Source: Thermoproteota archaeon
Lineage (GTDB): Archaea; Asgardarchaeota; Njordarchaeia; Njordarchaeales; Panguiarchaeaceae
Direction: 5' to 3'
Length of the DNA: 64,000 bases
Assembly (NCBI GenBank): GCA_024720975.1
Contig: JANJXX010000003.1
Location: 85,543 to 149,542 of the forward strand
Position numbers and translations under genes: made by a program. Position 1 is the stretch's first letter; every line of letters begins with the position of its first letter. Of the stretch, positions 1 to 9,298 are shown one piece after another. The notes beneath the pieces are model-generated. The model was not told where the DNA came from. It did not search any database and worked only from the letters and a program-made list of their open reading frames with translations.

Positions 1-1
1 T

Positions 2-703
2 CCCTATCAATGAATCTACAAGGCTATCAAATTCATCCAGGACTTTTTTTATGAAATTTGGCACTTCATTTTTGCCGGTAATTACATGGTAGAAGCTATG
101 CATTATCCAGTCTAAATCGCTTAAAACGATAAAGTAATTCTCCAGGAAATGAAACTCTAACAGTCCCTCCAGAACCCATTTTCTTATCTTTAGCTCTTTC
201 TCTAAAATTTCGGCGAATTTCCGCCAACCAAGCACGCTTCTAAGTAGTGGGTTAAGATATACCCTCCTTTTTACGATATCCTCAATAAGGTTTCTTTTTT
301 CGTGTTTGATTAAAACTTTACCATTTCCGGCTAACCAGTCTGGAACGCCAACGCCATATAACACTCTGAATGGGTACGATAAGGGAACATTATATACCAC
401 CACGGATCTTTTATGCATCGATAGAATCTCAAATATGTAAGGAAACTTTACATCTAGACTACTACAAACTCTGGTGCTGCCTCCTTCTGCATTAAAGAAA
501 CCAAACACACCATGCTTTCCAGGATTTACCCCGGTGAATATGGATGTCCAAGCAGGCACTGTTTGTGGAGGAAAGCAAGCTTTGGCGATTGCCTTAAAAT
601 ATCTCTCTGCTAAAAAGCTTATCGAATTTAGATGCCCTTTATTGGAAAGTCGCCTCAAACACTCCAAGCTAAGTCCATCGATACCAAGAACAAAAACACC
701 CAT
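2..703 (-). CDS. Alkaline phosphatase-superfamily / type I phosphodiesterase-nucleotide pyrophosphatase (3' end runs off the window)
   Basis: Not in the ORF track. Manual translation from ATG at 703 gives MGVFVLGIDGLS...FPPQTVPAWTSIFTGVNPGKHGVFGF, carrying the 'GIDG' metal ligand, the Thr nucleophile and the 'TGxNPGKHG' motif. Confidence 0.88.
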   Translation of the reverse strand, partial: MGVFVLGIDGLSLECLRRLSNKGHLNSISFLAERYFKAIAKACFPPQTVPAWTSIFTGVNPGKHGVFGFFNAEGGSTRVCSSLDVKFPYIFEILSMHKRSVVVYNVPLSYPFRVLYGVGVPDWLAGNGKVLIKHEKRNLIEDIVKRRVYLNPLLRSVLGWRKFAEILEKELKIRKWVLEGLLEFHFLENYFIVLSDLDWIMHSFYHVITGKNEVPNFIKKVLDEFDSLVDSLIG

Positions 704-839
704 ATTTCAAGCACCAGATTAAGGTATTAATTAATTCTGGTGATACAAAGGTTTGGTTTCTGTGAATGCTTCTCAGCGCCGCATCTGACCAAAGAAGTTG
801 ACTTATGCAGTATTGTATCTAAAAATAAAATGCTTTAAT

Positions 840-1709
840 TCAATATGCACTTAGCTCCCCTCGCTTTCTTACGCTATCATATGCAATACTAAAGATCTTT
901 ATGGATATCGGATATCCAACCACAATGTAAATGACCATATACAAGATGTCTCTAATGATTCTTGAATGCAGCAGATTTGCGCCCCATATAAGCGAGTACC
1001 TTATTGCATCCAAAGAGAATGTTAGAGGTAATAGAAGAGAGACAAATCGAAGCTGCGTTGGTAGCAGCAAGACTGGAAAGAAAACTCCACTTAGGAGATT
1101 GTTTATCCATGTTATAAGCCATCCTATAGGATCCCCCTGCTTAAATCTTAAGACCATAGCAGCAGATATTATGCCTATAGGCAAATTCGCGAGCACTAGC
1201 AATATAACAAGAATAGAAAGAGTCAGCATTGTCTCCAGATTTATCACGAGTGCAGCATTCAATGCCAGTCCAATCCCAATTATTAAGACAAGGAAAGCCG
1301 TAGAATATAGGAAGTAGTACAATACATCGCCTAAGAAAATTATGATGAAGCTTGTAGGAGTGGATAAGACACTTTCTAGCGTCCCATGAAATTGCTCAAA
1401 TCTAAGCGTTATAGAGAGACTTCGAAGACTAGCTGTAACGTAGTGTGATACGGCAATCCCAATTAGAGCAAATGTGAAATAACTTTGTCCATAACCTGCT
1501 TGACTTATACTCTCAGGCTTAACTATGAAGGCAAGAAGAAAATACGTTAATACCATGAAGAACGTATTAGCAAAATCAAAAACGATCCATATCTTATAGT
1601 TAAATCGTATCTTTGCCCTCCTGATCATAGCGATTATAACTTTATCCCAAGGTGATACACTACTAGATTCCTTAGATCCAATAACTTCAAGAACTTCCTC
1701 AACACGCAT
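840..1709 (-). CDS. ABC-2 type exporter permease
   Basis: About 6 TM helices, 'GTLE' and 'SGVFFP...LP' motifs. Start moved to ATG 1709 behind a GGTG SD. Confidence 0.88.
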   Translation of the reverse strand: MRVEEVLEVIGSKESSSVSPWDKVIIAMIRRAKIRFNYKIWIVFDFANTFFMVLTYFLLAFIVKPESISQAGYGQSYFTFALIGIAVSHYVTASLRSLSITLRFEQFHGTLESVLSTPTSFIIIFLGDVLYYFLYSTAFLVLIIGIGLALNAALVINLETMLTLSILVILLVLANLPIGIISAAMVLRFKQGDPIGWLITWINNLLSGVFFPVLLLPTQLRFVSLLLPLTFSLDAIRYSLIWGANLLHSRIIRDILYMVIYIVVGYPISIKIFSIAYDSVRKRGELSAY

Positions 1710-1719
1710 TAGAGGGCAC

Positions 1720-2613
1720 CTAATAGGCAGCCAGAATTCCCTCCTTCTTTGCAATTTCGAGATATTTATTGAAAACTTTGAAACCCAGGTAAACGAGCGG
1801 AAGGAACGCTATAAGAAATACCATGTGAAAGATCATTTTAGGATGAAGGAGGGGTAGTTCATCCATAAGCGTCCTCCTAAAAAGTTCTAATCCATGCGTA
1901 AATGGGAGAGATAAACTGATGTAATAAAGTGGCGCAATGTTATAGAGCAATGATATTGGATAGAGAACTCCACCTAGAAACTCCATAGCTACTGACAAGA
2001 AAAATAACATTGTCTCAAGCTCCTTATGCTTTATATACATTCCAGCGGCGATTACACCTATTCCGGAATGGACTACTATCGTTAGCAGCAATACAAATAT
2101 TGCTTGAAACCAGGCTAGGAGGTTTGTAGATATACCAGCACCCAGGATCATGCCAATGATTATAGCGCCAACAAACCAAAAAGAGGACCAAGAAAAGCCG
2201 TACATTATCTGACCAACAAGCCATGATTTGAGATTATCAACGTCTGCAACTACGAGGCTTTCAAGTGTTCCCTCTGATATTTCATGCGAGAGTTTGTGAG
2301 CTAATCTAGAAATTGACGACCATAGATAGCGAGATAGACTTATCCCAAGCACTGCAAATGCTAGGTAGTCTGGAGAATATCCCAAAGAACTCAGAGCTTG
2401 TTTAGATATAAGAAAGCTCACGAAGTAGTATATCAGAACACTAATGGTTATGTCTATTATATCTATGGCGATAGCCATTCTATACTCAAAGAGAATCCTA
2501 AGTTGATAGTATAGTGAGGCTACTGCTCTGGTAATAAAGGATTCATGCTTCTTTTCCTTAACCTGAAATATGTTTAAGACCTCATCAACCTCACTGACCA
2601 CATTTAACACCAT
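1720..2613 (-). CDS. ABC-2 type exporter permease (paralogue of the neighbour)
   Basis: 'EGTLE' and 'GGVLYP' motifs; same C-terminal G-x-L-x-AY as 840..1709. Confidence 0.88.
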   Translation of the reverse strand: MVLNVVSEVDEVLNIFQVKEKKHESFITRAVASLYYQLRILFEYRMAIAIDIIDITISVLIYYFVSFLISKQALSSLGYSPDYLAFAVLGISLSRYLWSSISRLAHKLSHEISEGTLESLVVADVDNLKSWLVGQIMYGFSWSSFWFVGAIIIGMILGAGISTNLLAWFQAIFVLLLTIVVHSGIGVIAAGMYIKHKELETMLFFLSVAMEFLGGVLYPISLLYNIAPLYYISLSLPFTHGLELFRRTLMDELPLLHPKMIFHMVFLIAFLPLVYLGFKVFNKYLEIAKKEGILAAY

Positions 2614-2627
2614 AACATCAAATTAGT

Positions 2628-3617
2628 CTAGACTCTCGGTTCCGTGCCTGCAAGTTTTAGAAAGGCTTCCTCCAATGTTGGGAGCATCCTCTGAACGGAT
2701 TCTATATTGTATTCCCGGAGAGTGCTGGTTATCTCCGGGATTGCTGTAAAGTAATCTGTTACCAAAACCCTAATTACTATGTTTCGCTCAGAGACTTCCT
2801 TAGATAGAATTCCATTTACGACCGGAAGTTGTTCGAGCTTTTTTATGATATCTTCGAGGACGCCCTTATCTTCAACTAGTCGTATCTCAACTACCTTCAT
2901 ATTTGCTACTTTCTCTCTTAGCTCCCTGGGAGTTCCTAAGAATATTATTTTACCACGATTGATCACAGCCATTCTATCGCAAAGCATTTCAACCTCTTGC
3001 ATGTTATGAGATGTAAAAAGTATTGTTTTCTTGGCTCTATCAACAAGTTCCCTAAGGAGCATTCTAACATTCCTTGCACTCTCTACATCAAGACCCAGCG
3101 TAGGTTCGTCGAGTATTAGTATATCAGGATTGTGAATTAGCGCTCTTATTAACATGAGCTTGACGCGCATACCAGTGGAGTAATTCATTACGAGCTTGTG
3201 AATATCCTTCTCGAGTCCAAGGAATTTAATCATTGCATTGATCCTACGCTTAGCAACGTCCTTCGGAACATTTTGCAATCTGGCGAAGAACATCAAGTTG
3301 TCATACCCAGAAAGCCGCCAGTATAAAGCCCTACCGCCCGTTTCTCCCATCATCCAGCCAACTCTTTTTCTCACTTCAACAGGCTCCTTCAGTATTGAAA
3401 ATCCATCTATCCATGCCTCACCTTCATCCGGAATTAACAATGTTACCAACATTTTTGTATAAGTTGTTTTACCAGCTCCATTAGGACCCAACAAACCAAA
3501 GAATTCTCCCCGCTTAATTTTCAATGAGATGTGATCCACAGCAACAACTTCTTTTTTCTTTGACTTAAATATCTTCGTCAAATCTTCTGATACAATCACA
3601 TAATCCAACACAAACAC
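2628..3617 (-). CDS. ABC exporter ATP-binding protein (DrrA-like)
   Basis: GPNGAGKT, YSTGM signature, ILDEPT, SH switch, C-terminal 'TLEEAFL'. True start probably TTG 3608. Confidence 0.93.
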   Translation of the reverse strand: MFVLDYVIVSEDLTKIFKSKKKEVVAVDHISLKIKRGEFFGLLGPNGAGKTTYTKMLVTLLIPDEGEAWIDGFSILKEPVEVRKRVGWMMGETGGRALYWRLSGYDNLMFFARLQNVPKDVAKRRINAMIKFLGLEKDIHKLVMNYSTGMRVKLMLIRALIHNPDILILDEPTLGLDVESARNVRMLLRELVDRAKKTILFTSHNMQEVEMLCDRMAVINRGKIIFLGTPRELREKVANMKVVEIRLVEDKGVLEDIIKKLEQLPVVNGILSKEVSERNIVIRVLVTDYFTAIPEITSTLREYNIESVQRMLPTLEEAFLKLAGTEPRV

Positions 3618-3953
3618 CTAATAAGACCTTATTCTCTCAACAAGTTCTACTATTTTAGCGGATTCTTCCAATTTTCTTTGAAGCGTCAATTTCCCTTCAT
3701 CTGTCAAAAAATAAACACGACGGGCGGGGCCACGATTACTTATCTCCAACTTAGATTTCACAAGACCCTTCTTCTCCAGGCGTCTGAGTACTACATATAC
3801 AAGAGCTCTTGATATATCTTGATCCAGGATCTTTTTAAGAGCATCCGTCAATGCATATCCGTGAAGGGGCTCTTTTGATAGGATTTTCAATACTGCTAGT
3901 GAAACTATACAGGTTTTAAGGTTCTTCCTTTGGTGTTTTTGGCCCCCACCCAG
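3618..3953 (-). CDS. PadR-family transcriptional regulator
   Basis: 'LKILSKEPLHGY', 'LRRLEKKGLV', 'GPARRVYFLTDEG'. The frame is open upstream of TTG 3890 to a CTG at 3953 placed 7 nt after GGTGA. Confidence 0.88.
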   Translation of the reverse strand: MGGGQKHQRKNLKTCIVSLAVLKILSKEPLHGYALTDALKKILDQDISRALVYVVLRRLEKKGLVKSKLEISNRGPARRVYFLTDEGKLTLQRKLEESAKIVELVERIRSY

Positions 3954-4095
3954 TTATAGTTCACCTAGTAAGCTAGTTAACAAAGTTATCTATGATGAAA
4001 TTATAAGAAAATCTATATATCGGGAGATTGTTAATGACTCTATTATTCTTATTGATTTTTGAATGTTTGCTTAATAGTTAGGTAGTCAAGCACTG

Positions 4096-4758
4096 GTGAA
4101 ATCATTGAGAGCTTACGAGGAAGCTGATCCTAGTCGGTTAAGTTATCTGGTAATGCTTACGTTTGATAAATCTGTTGGACAAGATAAGATAGATGAATTC
4201 TCTGATTCTCTGCTTAGGAACTTAGGCGGAAGAAAGAGAATCTATAGTAATTTCTGTATCATATCCAGCAGAGAGCGAATAACATTTATCTGGCCGGCTC
4301 AGAGTCAAACAAATAATGCTGTTGTAATTTCAAGAGCTAATACTATCCTATACAAAAAGCTCCAGAGGATACTCCTGAAGACATTATTAGGCTTAATTTT
4401 CGCTGCCCTAGCCGTAGCTGGTGTTGTAGCGTACTTGCTATGGACTGAATATTTTGAATGGTCATTGTTTGAACGTGCGTTCAGAGTGGCTACACGCTTA
4501 GCTGTGTACACATTGAGTGCTTTCATAGCGGCATTAGCGCTAACTGAATTGATATCACTTGATTTAAATCGTAGGTTCATCCATAAACTGGACTGGCTGA
4601 GAAATATTATTTTAAACAACGCAGAGAAAGTGTTTAGTGAAAAAGTTGAGAAAACATCTGACTTACCAGAACCTCTTCGAGGAACTCTTGCTTGCATTAA
4701 AGCACAACAACTACTAGCATGGGGTCAATTGGTAAGAATTAGGCTACCAGGACTCTAA
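4096..4758 (+). CDS. Hypothetical membrane protein (2 TM)
   Basis: 220-aa ORF filling the gap, two hydrophobic segments. Confidence 0.6.
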   Translation: MKSLRAYEEADPSRLSYLVMLTFDKSVGQDKIDEFSDSLLRNLGGRKRIYSNFCIISSRERITFIWPAQSQTNNAVVISRANTILYKKLQRILLKTLLGLIFAALAVAGVVAYLLWTEYFEWSLFERAFRVATRLAVYTLSAFIAALALTELISLDLNRRFIHKLDWLRNIILNNAEKVFSEKVEKTSDLPEPLRGTLACIKAQQLLAWGQLVRIRLPGL

Positions 4759-4809
4759 AATTTTCAATTTTCAGTTGCTCAAAATTAGATAAACGGAAAA
4801 TGGAAGAAC

Positions 4810-5406
4810 TTAAAGTGATTTTAGAAGAACTTCGAGCTGCACCTTTGCCTTATTAATAACATCCATGTAAAGATTATTTCCGTGAGAATCTATCGCGACT
4901 ATCAGTGGACCAAAATCCCTGACCTTAAATAACCATACAGCTTCCGGCACTCCTAACTCCTCTAACCAGAAGACGTCCTCTACATCCTCGATTGCCTTGG
5001 CTGCAAGCAGAGCTGCACCTCCAACAAATGCACCATAGAAAGCACCGAATTTTCTCATTGCCTCCGTTGTTCTTTCAAACATTCCTCCCTTACCTATGAC
5101 TCCTCTTATTCCTGTCATCTCAATGAACTCTGCTTCCATTATCTCCATCCGTGCAGAGGTTGTTGGCCCAGCTGCTACAACTTGCCATTTATCACCCACT
5201 TTTTTGACAACAGGACCAACATGATATACTAATAGGCCCTGCGGGTCAAATGGTAGTCTTTCACCCTTCTTTAGTAACTCAAGTATCTTCTTATGAGCAG
5301 CATCACGTGCTGCGAATATTTTGCCACTTATGTAAACTATATCTCCGACTTTAAGCTTTCTAACATCTTCCTCACTTAGTGGGGTTTTAAGATGGTACTC
5401 GACCAT
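4810..5406 (-). CDS. Class I (Fe-S) fumarate hydratase / tartrate dehydratase beta subunit
   Basis: 'ARDAAH', 'GPTTSARM', 'IGKGG', 'DFGPLIVAIDSHGN' motifs; AGGTGA SD before ATG 5406. Confidence 0.93.
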   Translation of the reverse strand: MVEYHLKTPLSEEDVRKLKVGDIVYISGKIFAARDAAHKKILELLKKGERLPFDPQGLLVYHVGPVVKKVGDKWQVVAAGPTTSARMEIMEAEFIEMTGIRGVIGKGGMFERTTEAMRKFGAFYGAFVGGAALLAAKAIEDVEDVFWLEELGVPEAVWLFKVRDFGPLIVAIDSHGNNLYMDVINKAKVQLEVLLKSL

Positions 5407-5415
5407 GTTTCTCAC

Positions 5416-6285
5416 CTATTGATAGACCCTTATCTCATCACCAGAAACCTCAACAAAAGCTTTCCTTAGAGCCCAACAGCTGAAGCATACGCCAGTTAGG
5501 AGGGTTGCAGGGTGTCTAGACGCCCACTCTATTCTTGCATTAAATATTGTCCACCTACCTCCAAGACCCATAGGCCCTATCCCGAGACTATTTGCCTTAT
5601 CTACGATTTCGCGCTCGAGTTTAGCTAACTCCTCATTTTTGCTATTCTCGTCCATCCTCGCTAACAAAGCTTTCTTAGCTAGTTTCATTGCTAGGTCTTC
5701 TGTGCCACCTATTCCTATTCCAACGAATGTTGGAGGACATGGCATCGAACCGGCATCAAACACAGATCTTATGACAGCTTCAACAACACCTTTCAGACCC
5801 TTTGCAGGTGGAATTGAATGCAGTTTTGCAACATAGCTTGATCCACCACCTTTAGGTAGCACTGCTATCCTGAGAGTGTTCCCATCTACATGATCCCACG
5901 AGATGTCTGGTATGCCTTGTCCAACATTATTTCCAGTATTTTTCTCAGTTAACACGTCTATGGCATTGGGTCTTAACGGTATGCTTCTCGTAGCTTCAAC
6001 TGTCGCATCGATAAGAACTTTTTTAATTTTTGAGGCTCTTATAGGGAAATCATCACCAATCTCTACATAATAGCTAAATAGACCAGTATCTTGACAAATT
6101 GGTGCCCTCATCTCACGCGCAATACGCACATTCTCGAGAATCGCCTTTAATTGTGCTTTACCCATTTCTGTTTCAGTTTCATATGCTCTTCTAATCATGT
6201 TTTCTACGTCTGGAGGGAGATTACATTCAGCGAGAGTTATCGCCTCAACAACTTTTTTAAGCAATAAATTGCTCGATATTTCCAA
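5416..6285 (-). CDS. Class I (Fe-S) fumarate hydratase / tartrate dehydratase alpha subunit
   Basis: 'PICQDTG', 'PKGGGS', 'PCPP', 'GIGPMGLGG', 'CWA' motifs supply the three Cys ligands. Confidence 0.93.
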   Translation of the reverse strand: MEISSNLLLKKVVEAITLAECNLPPDVENMIRRAYETETEMGKAQLKAILENVRIAREMRAPICQDTGLFSYYVEIGDDFPIRASKIKKVLIDATVEATRSIPLRPNAIDVLTEKNTGNNVGQGIPDISWDHVDGNTLRIAVLPKGGGSSYVAKLHSIPPAKGLKGVVEAVIRSVFDAGSMPCPPTFVGIGIGGTEDLAMKLAKKALLARMDENSKNEELAKLEREIVDKANSLGIGPMGLGGRWTIFNARIEWASRHPATLLTGVCFSCWALRKAFVEVSGDEIRVYQ

Positions 6286-6420
6286 GATTTTTCACCGGTG
6301 GGAGTTTTCAGAAAAGAGGCATAAAAAATCAGGATATATCACACAGTATATATAGATCTTTCCTTGGCTTTAGAATTACACAGTAAGAATAATAATGATA
6401 CACTTCGACATTAAGCTATC

Positions 6421-7317
6421 TCATTTTTCTAGACCCGGATCCCATACCCTAATTGTTCTGTCCTCACCACCACTGACCATCTTTAAGTCGGGGCTCCAGT
6501 CAACTGATACTACTTTTCCTGTGTGACCGTGCAGTTCTCTTACTAATTTTCCCTCAACATCCCATACTCTTATTACTCCATCATCACAGCCAGCTGCTAT
6601 GTATAGCCCGTTTGGAGACCATTTCATAGTCATTATTCCTGCTGGACACCTAAAAGCTTTCACCGGTTTCCAATCTGGATAGCTCCAAATCCTTATTACT
6701 CTGCCTTCACAAGCACTAGCTAGGAGATTGGTTGCAGGATTCCAATGAACTAACTTCACTGCTCCCAAATGACCTGATAGTTTCGATAATATTGATCCTT
6801 TCTCAACATACCATATAAATAGGTTATTGTCCGCACCACCTGTAGCTATATAAGCTCCTTCCCTCTTCTCCCAATCTACTGCTAAGACTGGGCCTAGGTG
6901 TCCTCTCAGTATTTGCAAACACTCTCCTTTACCTACGTCCCAGATGTTTATTGCCTTATCAAATGATGCACTAGCTAATCTTTCTGACCTGTGGTCCCAG
7001 CTGAGCGCAGTTATCTTGTCCGTGTGGCCAACGAGCTCAGCTACATTTCTTTGTAACCTAGTATCATATACAGCTATCCTTAAACCATCCAAGACAAACG
7101 CAAACATTGCCGAATTGGGAGCCCAGCTCGCAAGAGTGACTTCACCCTTAACTCCAATATACCTCCTGGGACGTAACGTGTCTGGATCCCACATAATGAA
7201 TGCCTTATCTTTGGCTGAGCTTAGAAATAGCTTGCCGTCAGGAGACCATGCCACAAAGTTTATTTGTTCTTTATGCTCCTCAATAACTGCATGGGAGGGT
7301 TTATTCAAATTCACCAC
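6421..7317 (-). CDS. Stand-alone 7-bladed WD40 repeat protein
   Basis: Seven ~42-aa GH...WD-type repeats, e.g. GHTDKITALSW...ASASFDKAINIWD and GHTGKVVSVDW...GGEDRTIRVWD. Confidence 0.93.
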   Translation of the reverse strand: MVNLNKPSHAVIEEHKEQINFVAWSPDGKLFLSSAKDKAFIMWDPDTLRPRRYIGVKGEVTLASWAPNSAMFAFVLDGLRIAVYDTRLQRNVAELVGHTDKITALSWDHRSERLASASFDKAINIWDVGKGECLQILRGHLGPVLAVDWEKREGAYIATGGADNNLFIWYVEKGSILSKLSGHLGAVKLVHWNPATNLLASACEGRVIRIWSYPDWKPVKAFRCPAGIMTMKWSPNGLYIAAGCDDGVIRVWDVEGKLVRELHGHTGKVVSVDWSPDLKMVSGGEDRTIRVWDPGLEK

Positions 7318-7444
7318 CTAGGCTACTAAATATTGGTCTGAATTTTGGTTAAATAGGTTAGTATATGAAACTCTAGAAAGATTTGTATTCATGACAAACC
7401 AAAATGCTGTTCAAGCGAGAAATTGTAGTGGTGAAAATGACAGC

Positions 7445-9286
7445 ATGAAACCTCACGAACTCTTTCCTTACAGCTTTAGAACTGATCAGAAGAAACTCCT
7501 CGAGGATATTTATGATTATGCTAAGATGGGAGCAACTATACTACTTCATGCTCCCGCTGGTTATGGAAAAACGATAGTTGTTCTCTCAGCACTACTACCA
7601 ATAGCGCTTGAGGAGGATAAGACTATCATCTGGGCTGTTCGCACGGGGAATGAGACTGATCGACCAATCGAAGAGCTTCGTGCCATAATAGAGAAGACCA
7701 AATTGCCTATATATGGGATCTCAATACGCGGAAAAAAGGATATGTGTCTTCTAGCAAGGAAAAAGGGAATACTAGACCATGAAGGAGTGACAGTACTTTG
7801 CGATAAGATGAGAAATAAATGTCCATTTTTCTCTGGTCTTAAACTCTTTCGTAGTATTCCAGACAAACCCCTTACATTTACTGAGTTACTGGATTTTGCA
7901 GCGACGAAGAAAGTATGCCCGTATTATTACCAGCTTAGGACGATACCAAATGCAAGACTTGTGTCTGTCAACTATAATTATGTCTTCTCACCTTCTGTAA
8001 AATGGGCTTTGATGAGTTACGTTGATTTTAAAGACTCAATCCTTGTTGTTGATGAGGCTCATAATTTACAGCACGTCATGGCGAACGTAAATTCTGATAA
8101 AATAACGATTGGAACTGTAGATAGAGCAATAGATGAATTGCGAGGACACGCACCTTCCCATGTGGAGCTTCTCCAAAAGGTTATGAAACTTAGGGAGATT
8201 CTTATTAAAGAGGGGGAAAGCATTCCGACTGAGGATGATGTTTTTGATCCAATTGAACTCATAGAAGGAGCTGACATAAATGAGGATGATTTTGAAACTG
8301 CGTGGGAAATTGTTGATGAAATTTACGCGCGAAAAATTGCTAAAGGCGTTTCACCCAGATCATCCTTGAGACATCTTTTCGATTTCTTAGAGACGGCAAT
8401 CAAAAATCGGGGAAAGAGAGGAATAGCATTCATAAAATCCAAGGAAAAAAACCAGTATGCGTTTGAAGTGTGGGACATGCGCGCATCGGAGGTTCTCAAG
8501 CGTGTATGGAGGTTATTTAGTTCGAGGGTATTCATGTCTGGGACTTTAGAACCCCTAGACGAATTCGCAGAAGTCGTAGGAGTTTCTTCGTATAGGAAAC
8601 TGAAAGGTACTTTTCCAATACCAAAGGAGAACGTCCTTGCACTGATTTTGGAGGGAGTAACTACGCGTGGAGAAGAACTTCCAGATGATATGGTAGATAG
8701 GTACGTTGATTGTCTTAAGAGAATTCTGCAGGCAGTTAATGTAAACACTGCCATCTTCTTCGCAAGCTATCGAATAATGAACAGAATACTTCCCAAGCTA
8801 TTAGATAAGCTAAGTGCGTCTAACAAATATGTAATAATTGAAAGAGAGGAAATGCGAGGAGATGAAGCCAAGAGAGCCCTAAGCTTACTACGAGAGAAAA
8901 AGAATGTCGCTCTTTTTGCTAGTATCTCCGGGAGATTTGCCGAGGGAGTTGATCTACCAGGCGAGACCCTAGATGGTATTATTACTGTGGGAATACCATT
9001 CGAGAGACTAACAGTAAGGACGATAGTTTACATGGAATATTACAAAGAGCTTTATGGAGATGAAAAGGGTGTATACTATAGTTACGTTTTGCCAGCCCTT
9101 CGGAAGGTTGCACAGTCAATGGGACGTGCTATTCGTTCGCCGAATGATAGAGCTTTTATCGTCGCAGCAGATGAGCGATTCTCTGAAAGACGGAATTTTG
9201 AGCTCCTACCAGAATTCTTTAGAAAGTACTCTAAAAAAGTAGATATAGATGAAGCATTAGAGCTTCTGACCTCTTTCCTGTCTTAG
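7445..9286 (+). CDS. xpd: XPD/Rad3-family Fe-S DNA helicase
   Basis: Q motif 'FPYSFRTDQ', APAGYGKT, four Fe-S Cys (KDMC, LC, KCPF, VCPY), DEAH, SGT, QSMGRAIR. Confidence 0.92.
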   Translation: MKPHELFPYSFRTDQKKLLEDIYDYAKMGATILLHAPAGYGKTIVVLSALLPIALEEDKTIIWAVRTGNETDRPIEELRAIIEKTKLPIYGISIRGKKDMCLLARKKGILDHEGVTVLCDKMRNKCPFFSGLKLFRSIPDKPLTFTELLDFAATKKVCPYYYQLRTIPNARLVSVNYNYVFSPSVKWALMSYVDFKDSILVVDEAHNLQHVMANVNSDKITIGTVDRAIDELRGHAPSHVELLQKVMKLREILIKEGESIPTEDDVFDPIELIEGADINEDDFETAWEIVDEIYARKIAKGVSPRSSLRHLFDFLETAIKNRGKRGIAFIKSKEKNQYAFEVWDMRASEVLKRVWRLFSSRVFMSGTLEPLDEFAEVVGVSSYRKLKGTFPIPKENVLALILEGVTTRGEELPDDMVDRYVDCLKRILQAVNVNTAIFFASYRIMNRILPKLLDKLSASNKYVIIEREEMRGDEAKRALSLLREKKNVALFASISGRFAEGVDLPGETLDGIITVGIPFERLTVRTIVYMEYYKELYGDEKGVYYSYVLPALRKVAQSMGRAIRSPNDRAFIVAADERFSERRNFELLPEFFRKYSKKVDIDEALELLTSFLS

Positions 9287-9298
9287 AGAGTATCGCCT

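Noticed and set aside
474-722. 82-aa + strand ORF
   Set aside because: It is antisense to the phosphodiesterase-family gene starting at 703.
738-792. Possible C/D box sRNA (TGATAC...CTGA with TGG/CCA ends)
   Set aside because: The C box has two mismatches, there are no clear C'/D' boxes, and it overlaps a likely promoter region.
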